Origin: Polymyxa betae A26-41
Lineage: Eukaryota > Protista > Endomyxa: Phytomyxea
Length of the DNA: 51,190 nt
Direction: 5' to 3'
Assembly: GCA_003693705.1 (NCBI GenBank)
Contig: RBZT01000180.1
Location: 1 to 51,190, forward strand
In this document: piece after piece, positions 30,695 to 43,760 of the stretch
How positions within the stretch are numbered: the stretch's first letter is position 1
Layout: each line of letters starts with the position of its first letter
Notes under the pieces: model-generated
The model's input: only the letters and a program-made list of their open reading frames with translations
The model's database searches: none
What the model was told of the DNA's origin: nothing
Translations under genes and position numbers: made by a program

Positions 30695-33397
30695 GATTGT
30701 CGCAAAAAGAATACTGTACAATAGAAGATATTCGATGCGGACTATCAAATTTGTGTGTTTTTATTCACAAACAATGCATCCAAACGATCAGGAATTTGCA
30801 AAACGTGTTCTTACAATATTTTACAGCAATATTGCAAAAAAGGAGTTTTGCGAAATTCCGGAGCGCAGATAGCCAAACGCACCCTTATAAAAGTAACATC
30901 AATCCTTCCAGCTCCTGCCTCGTTGGGTTCTGCCTCGCCCTCGTTCGTCCTTGACAAGATCAAAGGCAGAAGTACCCAGTTTTCAATGAAGCCCTAAAGA
31001 CGACCACTGTGGACAGCTGCGCGTGGAGAAGCATCCGCAGGCTCGCTGGTCGACGCTAACACCAAGCTCAAACATACAAGCAAGACGATGCGCACGATAA
31101 GCCTCTCTTTGAGTAGGGGCGCCAACATAGACGGACGACTGAGCCTGGCATTTGGAAAATTTGCAAATTTGTCGGTTGGAACACGTACTGACAAAAGCGC
31201 CTGGTCTGTCGGCGCTCGTATTCGCTTCGTTTACGAGAACATCCATGTGAAGATAAATCCCACCAACCAAATCGCTGTTATTTCTGAGCAACTGTAATTT
31301 AGGTTGTGCCACATCAGCCTGCCGGCCGAATCATGGACGTCGATATCACCAACCTTTTTCGCCAATGCGCGCGTGTGAAGATCCAGGCGCTGTTGTTGGA
31401 CAGCATGAATACGGTAAAGGCGTAAGAGTAGGGGATATAATCATATAAATGAAAAAAAATCAAAATTATCGCGATAAAAATAGAAAATCAGACATTAAAA
31501 GACCTTTTAATTAGTGTTTATTGCCGGCGACAGCGAATCCATACAGCGGTAATAACATCAGCATAACTCTTATCTGGTTTCGTCCTTGCTGATCAGAGGG
31601 TATGACAACTCCCCAGATCCCCGCTGCGGCATCGAGGAGAACCACCCCAAAGGAGAGAGCCAGCGGCATAGTTCATAAAATACCTGATCTGCTATCAGAA
31701 CTTAGGGTGCATATTGAGCAATAAAACAACAGCCAACATGCCAAAAATCCCAAAACAGATGCTAGCCGTCTGGTAGGCGGTAGTTCGGATGGAATGACAA
31801 GGGATGACCACAAGTACAGACATCTGGGTTCGTACGACTGGGGATGGTGTTGACACAACGGCATCCAGGTTCCACACATTCTGTTTTTGTCATAAAAAAA
31901 AATGAATTCACAATGCTCGATCCTTTCGGATAAATTTTCAATAGGAATGACCTACGATTGCTCGCTGAAGACCAGGTTGATGCTGCTTGCGATCCTGCTC
32001 AATAGTAGTAAATCGCTTTCTCAAGAATTAGAGCAGAAACTCGTCGCAAGTAATAGGATCGAACAGGAAGAGGATTCCAGATTCAAGAATGATTTGAGTG
32101 ATAAAACTGCCTTACAATGGTCTTGAACTTAAGGAAAGCACAACCAGCATCTGCATAAGATATATTGTCAAACTGTTTGGAAAAGACGAGGTTGACAAAG
32201 GAAGATCGAACCCATTCAACAATTTGGTCTCCAAATGGTCCACAGCATCACGATGATGTTGATTAACCTTATGGAGCAAATGAGTTGATTTTTGTTGAAA
32301 AGTAGTGTTTAACGGAGCACATAAAATAACGAGAGAAAATGAGAGTGATTCATACAAATACAGTGACACATTAACCAGTATCAATTGCAAAGACGAACTC
32401 CAGAAGATGGTGGTCTATTCCGACTCACAATGCAGCACAAACAAACCAAGCTAGTGCAGTAATAGACAGCGAGCTAAATCCAATACGAGCTAGATGGACT
32501 AATTAAGACACTAAGTAGAATGTTTAAAGACAAATGTAGCGCAGGCACTTAGTAGGATCACTCAAGACAAACAGACTTTACAATCAACAACGGCTGGAGA
32601 TAGAATGAGGAGAACCTAGAATGTCAAGCCTGAAAAAACTCTGCAGGCATTTGATTGATTTACGAGTTGAAAACTTATCCTTTATCTTGAGAGAGTATGG
32701 GCTGTTCCGATACCATCATCAGATGTCTAACTATCAGTTTTCTTTAACAGGATTGCGACGAATGGAGACAGACTTCTTGAAAATGCGTTAAAGCAATTAA
32801 GTCATGGGAAATGGAACCAAAACGTACTATTTGTTTCAAAACAGTAAAGAAATCGTTCCTATTTTGATTTTGCTACTTACTATCTTAGGTCGCAATAATG
32901 AAACTGCCGTCCCAGCGCTCCAAGAGAACTTAGATCCTGTCTGTGCGATCACGATGACAGTAATAGTAGGTGTCGGCAAGACATGAGCAGAAGGCTGACG
33001 ATGTTGTGGGATTCGACAGCAGACCATGCCTTGGCAAGGGTGAATTCGTTCAGATATTATGCTTTATTGGTATTCGGATTCGATTCTCATACAGTGATGC
33101 TGAGGTATGAACTAGCAGATTCTGCTGAAATCGCTTCTGCTTTTCAATTGCAAATTCCTGGATTGCATACTAATGAATACAGAATAGCCTCTCAACTATG
33201 TAGCGGATGACAGCTAGCAGTAGGTGGCCGCTGCCCACTGGTATAGAAGGCAGCGCCGCGAGTTTCCCTTAGAAAATCAGCATCGAGCCAGCAGGCTCAC
33301 CTGTCACTTTCACGCCTAAGAGGCTGCTCCGCTCATGTAAGGGGTTTTCTAAGGCTGAGGGGGCCGTCGTCTCTCACATTGCCATTAGCCATTTAGT

Positions 33398-34345
33398 ATG
33401 GGGGGACTGCCATGGTGGCGTCCTAGCTGGCTAGAGAATCGGCGCCGCTTTGATGGCGAGACTGATGACATTTTATCAGCCGGCCGATTCCCGACGCGGC
33501 ACATTGATATGCCGGAAATCGGCTCTGTCCAGAACGCTCCTCCGTCGAGCGATGATAAAAGGAGACCACTGTGCACTTATATCATTATTTCTGTCCATAT
33601 TCTTGTGTCTATCGCATTGATAGTAATGTCTAAGTTTGATTTTGCCGATATCACTCTAGGCCAGCCTTCTCGTGTCCCGAACTGGATTGGAGCCCAACAG
33701 TCGTATGTGTTTTCAGGGCAATACTGGCGCCTATTTACAGGGACCTGGCTCCATTCAGGATTATTACTGCTTATTTTAACGATCGTGGCCTTGTACAGGG
33801 CAGGCAGCGATGTCGAGAATGAACATGGTTCGAAAGTCTTTATTTCTCTGTATCTGTTATCGTCTTTAGGCGGGGCTTTGACCTCTGTCATATACAGCTA
33901 TCCAAATGAGCGTGGAGCTTGTGGATCTGCTGGTGTATTCGGGTTATTCGGCAGTGATCTGGCGTACTTTGTACATAATTACTATCAACTTGGTGGACAG
34001 CGTTGGCGATATATCACGGTTTCGATGATTTTATCGTTGGCTGGATTCATCCTCGGTTTGCATCCAATTATGAACAATTTTGCTCACTTGGGTGGGTTCC
34101 TTACGGGCCTTGTTGTAAGCATGGCACTTCTCTCCCAGTTCCAAACGGTTCGTGGCCAGCCTTGGCTCAGATATAATCGTCGAACGCTGACCGTTTGCTG
34201 CTTGTTTGCATTATTATCTGTATTGTTATTTTCTATGCTATTTTCGGGACTCATCATGAGACAATCATCGCCCTGTTTGTGGTGCCATTATGCTAACTGT
34301 ATCCCGTTGTCTTTGTGGACTTGTCCACAGCCAGATGTGTTATAA
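33398..34345 (+). CDS. Rhomboid-family intramembrane serine protease (atypical active site), intronless
   Basis: GQYWRLFTGTWLHSG, VENEHG, LYLLSSLGG, GACGSAGVFGLFG, NNFAHLGGFLTG, C-terminal CLWCHYANCIP..WTC; multiple TM helices. Confidence 0.9.
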   Translation: MGGLPWWRPSWLENRRRFDGETDDILSAGRFPTRHIDMPEIGSVQNAPPSSDDKRRPLCTYIIISVHILVSIALIVMSKFDFADITLGQPSRVPNWIGAQQSYVFSGQYWRLFTGTWLHSGLLLLILTIVALYRAGSDVENEHGSKVFISLYLLSSLGGALTSVIYSYPNERGACGSAGVFGLFGSDLAYFVHNYYQLGGQRWRYITVSMILSLAGFILGLHPIMNNFAHLGGFLTGLVVSMALLSQFQTVRGQPWLRYNRRTLTVCCLFALLSVLLFSMLFSGLIMRQSSPCLWCHYANCIPLSLWTCPQPDVL

Positions 34346-34429
34346 ATCATGTATAATGTACTTAAATATTTGATAAAACGACACTAACAATGCAGTTTGT
34401 TGGGTTCCGCATTTGCTGATATTTACAGA

Positions 34430-36484
34430 TTAGAAAGGGTTGCTGTTATCAAGCGTTGCAAACGTCTGCTCTAAATCAGTCATCGTATTGGAGACTCCTA
34501 ATGGCGTTGAGCCCATGAATGTGTTGCTCATTGTTTCTCCAAAATCCGGCAGTTGATGTTTTCCGGATCGTGGTAGGCGAAATCCAGCTGCATCTGTGCT
34601 GGTACCTGAAGTATTTTTCGCTGAGCTATCATTCGAGTTTTGTGCTCGAAACATATTGAAAGCAGGACTGGAATCGTATCGATGATGATGGGATGTGGTA
34701 GATACTGGCAAGGTGACCAGTATTGTCGGAGAGGGTTTCAATGGGCGATTCCACCAGCAGAACCACATCCCGCCAAACGCTAACGCAACAGCAGCTCCAA
34801 CGGAAACAAACGTGGCGACAAGCATTGTTAATGTACTGGACGATTCCCCCTGAACCGATGGTCCCATAGTCGGACACGACGATTCCGATAAACAGATATA
34901 CTCGCCAGACTGGCAGAGCTTTACTGGGATGCATTCGATGTCGACAGTAACTGGACTCGGAACTGAGTTCAGCAGCGGTCCTTGTCGAAGTTGGCTGGAA
35001 GGATCCTGGATCTGATCCCGGAAGCGTTGTGCGGCGCTAAGCCCGTCGGCTAGTGACTCTGCTGTCACGCCCGATAAGATCGTGAAGGTCAGCAAAGAAT
35101 TGCTTCGGTTGTTGCTGATATCAATCAGAACAAATCGAACAGCGTCTACTAATAGCACTGTGCTAATATCACGGATGGCCAGCCGAGTATCAAATCTGAT
35201 CCTAGCTTGCGATCTCGAGCTGATGTCGAGCGTCAATGGCAACTTCACTCGGAATCCATTCTGCATCCCATTGCGATCCAACTGACCAGGCGGTATAGGT
35301 GGCTCTGGTATCATTCTGTGTGAAGAAAGCTGTGTGGTCAGATAGTCTTGTCCTTGTGTTGATGATGACATTGAATGAGATATTGTCGCTTTCAGTTTGA
35401 CAGGTTGTGATGTTGGTGCTTTGGTTCTCGGTTTTAAAGCGCTGCTCGGCGTTGAGCTTAATAGAGGTGTGGGAGCTGAAGCTGATAGCACAGTCTCAGG
35501 AGATAGAAATGTGCTTGCTGGCAACGCATGTGGTGTGGGCGCTGCGCTTGAAAGCAACGTCTGGGTAATTCGAGACGAACAACGAGCAACGACGCTGAGC
35601 CATTTCGTCGAAAAAGGGCAGGGGTCGCCGAAATACTGATTATCAGCTGAAGCCGAACAGACCGCCTTTCCAATGCAAAGAGCTTGGATATAAGCTAAGG
35701 TCGTCGGCGAATCGCAGAGCGGATTAGATGCGAAATGGGGGAAACCCCCTACCGGATGCCCATAGGCAGCGAAATCGATACTAATGATCACCGAGTTATT
35801 CGGACAGGCCATTACCAAAGGGCTAGATCCCTCGAAGACGGTGCCACCGCTTATCAGACCTTGTACGTATCGCAAATTTTCTGGAGCGCTCAGGTATGGC
35901 AAACCGAGATCATTAGGACCATCTAAAACGGTATCGGAAACAGAGGCAATATCTAAATAGCCCAAAGCTGTCGAATGCTCTAAGGTTAAAATCGCATTTA
36001 CAGCTGTTGGCTGCGGCGTCCCTTCAAGATTGAACCCCAACCTTATGTATGCGTTTTGTTCCTGTCTCCATCCGAGAATGGCCTGTTTGCTAATTGAATC
36101 CACTGCGAATCCTGCATAGAACCATTGATCAAAAGGCGGCATCTCCGACTGCAAAATGAACGTCTCGGCAATAGACGATGACGTCTTGATAGTAAGAGCG
36201 AGATATTTTCCCTTTGACAGAAACAAAGTTTGGAGGGCGTTGGAGCTCGACGTCACCGTTAGGATAGTAGCGTCTGTGCTTAGATTCTGGTTGAATGAAG
36301 ACAGCTGTAGCCAGACGGTCCAGGAGAACGACGCGCTGGGTATTGATTGATAAACATTGTATGCCAGCGGGATATTCTGTGTGAGGGAGATTGCATTCGG
36401 ATACACTATATAAGCAGTAGCTGATGCGACTAAGGGTAACAATATAACAGGTAACAATATAACAGCAATATTATAATGTTGCAT
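34430..36484 (-). CDS. Surface lectin paralog A: SP - LamG-like - SUEL/Gal_Lectin - S/T/P stalk - SEA-like - TM - tail ending NPF; intronless
   Basis: Signal peptide; ACPNNSVIISIDFAAYGHP..LC..LCIGKAVCS..YFGDPCPFSTKWLSVVARC; TM MLVATFVSVGAAVALAFGGMWFCWW. Confidence 0.85.
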   Translation of the reverse strand: MQHYNIAVILLPVILLPLVASATAYIVYPNAISLTQNIPLAYNVYQSIPSASFSWTVWLQLSSFNQNLSTDATILTVTSSSNALQTLFLSKGKYLALTIKTSSSIAETFILQSEMPPFDQWFYAGFAVDSISKQAILGWRQEQNAYIRLGFNLEGTPQPTAVNAILTLEHSTALGYLDIASVSDTVLDGPNDLGLPYLSAPENLRYVQGLISGGTVFEGSSPLVMACPNNSVIISIDFAAYGHPVGGFPHFASNPLCDSPTTLAYIQALCIGKAVCSASADNQYFGDPCPFSTKWLSVVARCSSRITQTLLSSAAPTPHALPASTFLSPETVLSASAPTPLLSSTPSSALKPRTKAPTSQPVKLKATISHSMSSSTQGQDYLTTQLSSHRMIPEPPIPPGQLDRNGMQNGFRVKLPLTLDISSRSQARIRFDTRLAIRDISTVLLVDAVRFVLIDISNNRSNSLLTFTILSGVTAESLADGLSAAQRFRDQIQDPSSQLRQGPLLNSVPSPVTVDIECIPVKLCQSGEYICLSESSCPTMGPSVQGESSSTLTMLVATFVSVGAAVALAFGGMWFCWWNRPLKPSPTILVTLPVSTTSHHHRYDSSPAFNMFRAQNSNDSSAKNTSGTSTDAAGFRLPRSGKHQLPDFGETMSNTFMGSTPLGVSNTMTDLEQTFATLDNSNPF

Positions 36485-37794
36485 ATGCCTTAATCGCTAG
36501 GCCTTGGGAATGATTACACGAATTGCCCACGATTCATGAGTCAGATTTTAGGGACTAAGGGAAGTACAGTTAAGGGTCAAAACCATATCTTCTTTCAAAT
36601 TTTTTACCAGCTCTGTGTTGAAATCGCCAAATGATCGGGGTTCATTATAAACAGTTTGGGAATTAGCTATTTGTTTCAGCCATCCATTTGTAGAAAATTA
36701 GGGAGATATTGGTTATCCATATTCCGACACAATCTGTATACTTAATTGGTAGTCTTCTCATACTTCTGTGAACTGTGCCCATAACGCTGATCCCAAGAAC
36801 ACATACGAACCAACAGTTGAACTATAATCGCTTATCTATTAAGTAACCTAGGTATCTGCAATGTCCAATCATAAACGGCTGTCGAGAGTCCCATCGCCAG
36901 ACTCGCAAAGCTGTACAGGAAATGTCGACGGCAGCCGGCAATAGAGCCGTTTGTACTCAGCAAAATCCCTGGACGCAACTGCGACATGTGGAAATAGGGA
37001 AATCTGTCGGTAATAGCGCTTTGCTACAGCATCGCTGTCCTTGATTCAACATGTCACCTTTGGGCGTGAAGAAGCGACCGGATCGGGGTTGGGGAGGAAT
37101 ACCAACACGATCCATTTGTGTTGGTAATCAAGAATGAGAATCACGTGTCGAGTATGATACTGGTCCAATCAAAGTCTCAGTGTAAGTAGTAATATTGCCC
37201 ACCGGGCACCTATTGTTACAAATGTAGACAGAACAATGGAAGAGCTCAGAGATGGACGAACTGAATCTAGAATCCGCGATGATGCGAATGGTGTCGAAAG
37301 GACTGGTGCACAACCTTGGTAGGTTATTGCTACTGAGCTGATGGATGTCATTGCGCATTCTTGACGACGATGTTCCCATCCGTCCTGTATGGATCGCAGA
37401 AAAATCAGGGACATTATTACCGGCGATAGAGCGAAAAGGCTGCATAATAAAGGAAAATAAGCGGCGATCCATGTAATGACACAGAGAGCTTTCCAGATAT
37501 TTCAAGAGAAGCGCACGTCTTGACTTCTTGTAGTGATTTAGGATTCGCTTCCGTTAGGATGAATAACGGTGGAGTAATGGCAACCGATTCTAATGAACCT
37601 TTGGTTAGGAGACGACAGGTTTCACATCATAAGAAGACAAAATATGGAGCAACTCTGATCAACTCAGTATTGAAGAAAACATAAATTTGATGCCGCTTCA
37701 CATAACAACGTAATTTGCACCCAAATTTAACGACATAGAGTATGTGCGGACGATATTGGGTAAATCATTCGATCAAGAAGACTGATTGCAAAGT

Positions 37795-40088
37795 TCATGA
37801 CAACATCGAGAAGTCGCTGTCAATAGTATGGGCACCTTGATTGAATTTATCTCTGGCACCAAGCATCTTCCTCTCTGTACGAGCTTTAGCGAACGGACGT
37901 GGCAGTGCCTGTGCAGCGACTTCGTTGGTATGCGCCATATGGACCGGGTTGACGTTATTGAGCCCAAACACGACTCCATTCATGACCACAAAGTTGGGCT
38001 GCGTTGCATTTGACGTCGGCGAAGTCATTAGCGTAGATCCAGTAGCAATAGGTTTTTGTAGGAAACGACGCACGCCGATGTAAAGGGCAGCAGCCAGGAA
38101 AACAATCAGACCAGATAAACCTGCTATCAGCACAAGGCTTGAGTTGACGTTGCCAGTCGAATTCGACGATAGTGATGCGACCGCACTTGGACATGGATTC
38201 GAGCTCAGCACGTACAATGAGGCCGCGTCACAATAGGTGATACGAACGCCAACCACCTGTATGGGAACAGGGGGATCGCCAGCCGCAATCAGTAAACTCC
38301 CAGATCTCAAAACGCTGCCTGGTGTTTGCAGCTGCTGAGAGAAAAGCTTCACTACAACGCTGGCGTCGGAGTCGGTAACATTTGGTAGAACCACGAATGA
38401 GAGCACAGTCGAGGTAAGAGTCTGATTGCGAAACTCGACCAAGTTGAAAGCGAATCTGTATGGTGGCACATATAATGCCGAGCTCATATCACTGATAAAG
38501 GACGACACCATTGCGTTGCGACTGAGGTCGCTGACGCCAGAAGTTCGAAGCCCAATGGTCAGTGAAATCTGCCATGCGTTGACATTTAATGATTCGGATG
38601 AAAACATCGGCCTATGAATAACATTCAGTGCAAGATTGTTTCAAAGCTTAGCAAAACTAAGTCACATAAAAACCGGAAATGTAACTAAGGACCTCTTGGC
38701 AAAAGTTCTTACATCGAAGAGGGTATAGAGTCGCTGGATGCAACAAAGGTGCTCGGTGACGAGCTGGAAGGTTTCACAGAGCTTGAAGATGATGAGGATA
38801 TGCGGCTTGAAGGGGCTGCCGAGATCGAAGATGCACTCGAGATAGATGGTTTAAACGTAGAAGGGGGCATTGCCGAAGACAAAGGTATATTAGAAGAGGA
38901 TGCTGTAGGTTTCGATGAGCTTGACGACGCCGAGACGATTGAACTCAGCGACGCTGATGAACTCGGTGTCCCTGATGCCGACACCCTCGACGCTGAGACG
39001 ATTGTACTAAGCGATGCTGACAAACTCGGTGTCCATGGTGCCGACACCTTCGACGCCGAACTCGCCGTCGTTGGAGATGGAGTCGGATTCAGCGCCGTTG
39101 GACTGGCCTTTAGGCTGGACGTCGCTGACGTGCTGCACGACATGGAGATCGCCGCCCATTTCCTCTCTGAAGAACAAGGATTAACCTCATATAGAGAGTT
39201 CTCTTGTGGAATGAAACAAGACGTCTTGTTAACGCAACTTTTGCTCACAGCTGCTATCGTCATTGTCGTATTCGTATCGCAGGATGGGTTTGGAGTCAGA
39301 TTCGGCCAGAGCCCGATCGGTCGGCCCCAATACGCCGTGTTCACACGCTTGATGACGCCGTTCCCGACGCAGGAAACGTTCCTGGGAAGCGGATCCCCCT
39401 CCCATCCGAGCACGCCGAGCTCGGTGCCAATCTGCCATGAGTAGACCGGAGGCGGAAAGTTTGATGCGCCCCAATCGAAGTCGATGGCTGAGAGGGTCCC
39501 TGCGAAACTACGCAATGATGAGAGATAGACCGGGACCGGACTTGCTGATGTCGCCGAGATTGCCGGCGCATACACGACCGCAGTACTCGACGGGAACATA
39601 TTGCCTCTCAGCGTGTATTTTTGGCTGATGTATGATGATCCGTCAAGGTTGTTGATGTAAAACAAGATATAACGATTGTTGGGGATTCCATTGCCGTTTG
39701 AGATTGTGACCCCGAACGTGAACCAGGAGTCGAGCGTGATGCTGGGTCCAATGTATGCCTCGTTGCCCCATGTGGTGGAGATATTGGCGGCCAGATATCG
39801 GTTGTAAGCGATGAAGACTTTGGGTAAGGTGAACGTATCAGCATTGATGCCAGCCGATGGGCGCACCAAGAACAGCAAGCGAGCGGACGACGAGAACGTG
39901 GAAGGGACTTGTGCGAACCCTGCATACGAAAGACCAATGTAGCTAATCGATGTCATGCCAGCGAATATCGAATTGGATGTAACGCTTTGCTCATCGGTCC
40001 TGTACGGGTCCCCGAACAAGTCGGTCCAATCTACAGCGCCTGAGATTGCAGCAGTTAGAAGACCGCTGAATACCAATACAAGACGCAT
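37795..40088 (-). CDS. Surface lectin paralog B (2 exons; intron 38612-38712)
   Basis: MRLVLVFSGLLTAAISG signal; SCVGNGVIKRVNTAYWGRP..C..CVNKTSC..NPCSSERKWAAISMSC; Ser stalk; NAWQISL SEA-like domain; TM LVLIAGLSGLIVFLAAALYIGV. Confidence 0.85.
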
Positions 40089-40324
40089 ATAGAAAATGCT
40101 CAGATTTGCTATTCTGGACACACGCGCCTTGTTCAAGATTCCATCGGGAAATCAGCTGCTAAGTTGTGTGTCCTTGAAATTAGGTCAAAGCTTCTCGATT
40201 GCTAAAGAGAAGAACAGAATCAAAAATCGGAACGGTCGTCTTCAACTAATATCATGATGAATCGATTTAAATAGTCGTGTGCACAGAAAGAGATGTGTAT
40301 ATATACTAATTAAATGATGAAACC

Positions 40325-42602
40325 TCAAGAAAACGTTCCGAAATCGCTATCACTTTGCAGATCAGCAAAGTTGTTTTGTTCGAATTTCTCGCGCGTTCCA
40401 TATTGTCTGGCTGTATTCACCCGGCCTCTGCTTTTGACTGATTGTTTGGCTGGCTGTGCCAACGGGATTTCATTCGACGCTAGGCCCACCGACATATGGT
40501 GCATAACATTGGGATTGTGGAATGACCCGTGTACAACGCCGTTAGCATCAACGTAGGTCGCTATCGTTGAAGGTGCGGTCCCGAAATTGACGCTGCCGAT
40601 TGGCAAATGTGACGTCGTTAAGGTTGCTGTTTTGTCATGTCCATCACGATTCCGCTTTCTAGCCCGTAAACAGCATACGCCAACAGCCACGACAGCCAAA
40701 ACCGCGACGCATGCCCCACCAGCATATCTAATATTGGTTTGGTTCCAGATCCAGTCTGAACTCGACGACAGCGACGTCGCTGAAGTTGGGCACGGGTTCG
40801 GGCTGATTACATACATGGTGCCGCAGTTAAAAGCACGAAGGCCAACGACCTTGATAGAAACAGGAGGGGCGTCGGCATAGACCAGCAACGTGCCTGACCT
40901 CAGGACGCTGCCCGTTGTCTGCATCTGCCTTGCGAAATTCTGGACCAGTACGGTTGCATCAGGGTCGGTAACACTCGGAAACACGACAAATGTGAGCAGA
41001 GCAGACGATGGTGTCTGATCTTGGAGAGAGACGGAGCCGAATCGTGATGCCGGAACATTCAGAGCGGCACTCGTATCAGCGATGAACCCCGTCGTTACGG
41101 ACAGATGTTCTGAGTCAGTGAAACTAGCGGATCGTAACTTGATTATCAGCGAGATCTGCCAGGCGTTAGGGTTTGAAACTGAAGACGATGCCAATCTAGA
41201 AAACAAGCTCAGAAAACCTGGTTTTAAATATTTAAAATGTAGGGAAATGAGGAGTTTGTGCAGAGGAAGAAGTGAAAAGCCGAAAGCAGAAAGCCAAAAT
41301 AAACTGACGGAAACTTACATGGAGGAAAACGGGCTGCTGAGTGCAGTGGAGGACGCCTTCGTGGCAAGTGCCATACTGCTGGAGGTTGCAGAGCTTTTCA
41401 GCATTCCGCTTGCAGACCGTGAAGAAGACGAAGATGAAGAAGAAGAGGGAGTTCGGCTGGAAGGCGCCAACGAAGATAAACGCTTGGCAGAGGATGCTGA
41501 AGGCGTCAATGTCGGGACTGCCATGATCGACGGCACCGGCGTGCTGGGCGTCATCCCCGACGACTTCATGGACGCCGATGGCGTCCTCGACAGGCTGGCC
41601 AGCGGGCCGCAGGTCATGGAAACGGCCAGCCATTTGGGCTGATTGACGCATGGATCGACTCCATAATCAGAAGTGGTCTGAGGCAGGAGACACCACTGTC
41701 TGTTAACGCATCTTTGTTGTATAGTTGCTATAGTGGTCTCACTATAAGCATTACAGGTTGGGTTGGGAGAGAGATTCGGCCAGAGCCCGGTCGGCCGACC
41801 CCAGATGGCGGTGTCGACACGAGAGATGAGCTGGTCTCCGGGGCAGGATAGGTTCGCGACTGACTGGCTGAGCTCGAAGCCGAAGGCGCGAAGCTCGGCG
41901 CCGACCTGCCACGAGACGGTCGCCGGCGGGTAGTTGTTGTGTCCCCCTGAAGGTTAGAATTCATTTGTGTGGTGTTTTTGACACGTTATGATATGACCTA
42001 CAGTCGAACGTTTCGGCGTCTAATGCCAGATCGAAGACTCGTAAGGTCGAGACATAGACCAGGCCCGTATCTACGGTTGATGGCGTTAGAATCGGGGCGA
42101 TTGCCAGCGCCGTACTCGATGTTAGCACGTTGCCTTTCATGACGAACTTCTGGCTGACCGATGTCGACGAACGCAGATTCGAGACGTAGAGCAGCACATA
42201 ACGAGACGAGGCGCCGTTCACGATCGTGATCCCGAACGAGAACCAGATGTCCAGGGTGATGCTCGGGCCAACGAACGTCTCGGTACCGAATGTGGTGGTG
42301 ATATCGACAGCCAGGTATTGATTGCTGGCGATATAGACGCTCGGCAAGACGGTCGAGGACGCCTGCGATGGGCGAATCGAGAACACCGGCCGATTCGTCC
42401 ACGGTCCGGCGGAAGAGATCTGCGCCCATCCCTGATATGAAATCGTGACGAAATTGATCGATTTCATGGCAGCAAACATCGAATTGGCGACGACGCTCTC
42501 AGCCTCGGTTCGATATGGATCTCCGAACAGCTGATCGAAGTTGATGTTCGGGTTGGCCGCATACCCGATCGTGACGATGCCGGCTAATAGACAGAGATTC
42601 AT
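40325..42602 (-). CDS. Surface lectin paralog C (3 exons; introns 41947-42001 and 41196-41318)
   Basis: LFGDPYRT N-domain; LSCPGDQLISRVDTAIWGRP..DPCVNQPKWLAVSMTC; Ser stalk; NAWQISL; TM YAGGACVAVLAVVAVGVCCL. Confidence 0.85.
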
Positions 42603-43760
42603 ATAGCAGCGAGCGGGAAAGATGCCCAGATATTAGACGTCGGGCGCACGTCCGATTTATTCAGGATTCCTCATTCGGAAAATATTCGGAAGATGCACAC
42701 CTGATGCTGATTTGTATGACTAACCTGCTGAATCGGACAAACGTTCAGTTGATGGAATAACGTGATGCCGAATGCTCTGTAGCAGAGAATGGGCGTTCGT
42801 ATCAGCCGCCAAAGTGGGCTCGTCTGTTCGAGCCAATTCTGCTGACGAACGGACCCAGGTCCAAAGGGGATCGCTATGCTCGTGTCGTATGCAATCGACA
42901 TGATGAGGGCCGTGTTTCTGAGCGAGGAAATCCGACATCGACTTTATAGAATGCAGCCATCTACGTGCCAGGTCGCGTTCCGTCTCCTTCGAGTGCTGCC
43001 GGATGTCGCACAAAGATTGTCCAAGCATCCGCAATATACGGTGTGAACTGACTGATTCTGGCGAAAGAAACATATTGTCAAGAGTTCCCGTTAACGCTAC
43101 GATTCCTGATTACGCTGCCAAACCCCCCAGAAATCGGTTCTATGGTTGTCTGTGAAAGACCAAAAAACAGTGGTCGTTCCCGTTTGCAGCGGTAGCAGCA
43201 TACACGAATCACGACTGCATGGTGATTATATGGGACACTGCAGGTAGCTTCCAAGATATTCGGATGATCGTGGCTACGCTACTATGCATCGAATCAGGCG
43301 AAGAGTTGACCTGGAAATTCATGACCTTTGATACAAGTAATTGCGTGTCATTCATCGTAATGCCAAGAAAGGAGTTCGACGTGAATTCCAACAACACCGA
43401 ATTCACAATGACACGAAGCTGGCGTACAAGAAATCACAGACCAAGATCTCGATCGCCAAGAATCTGAAAACTCGGACGTCGGGAGCTGGAATCAGCAATA
43501 AATCATCCAGATATTACTACGTAGGTTAAATGTATGGGGTCGTTCAGGTGTTGCAGGCATGCTGACCTGGATACGAACTACAATCTGCCGGCTGAAAATA
43601 CGAAAGCGCAGAAGGCTCAGATCTACATTCCCAAAACTCGCTCGCTGAAAGCGCGAATGCAAGACACTCCCGGTATCGAGGATCGCAAAAAGACGCCATT
43701 GGGTTGGCTCTGCATTGGTGGCGGTTTCCATTGCCACCATGATCAGCTGTATTGTCATGG

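Noticed and set aside
30755-33210. Short ORFs in the decayed region as a Harbinger transposase or host genes
   Set aside because: No DDE (GAIDGTH) or other recognisable motif; fragmented by stops
38380-38420. SEA autoproteolysis site in the lectin family
   Set aside because: The G-SVVV motif is absent (STVLSFVV, SALLTFVV, NSLLTFTI), so self-cleavage is unsupported
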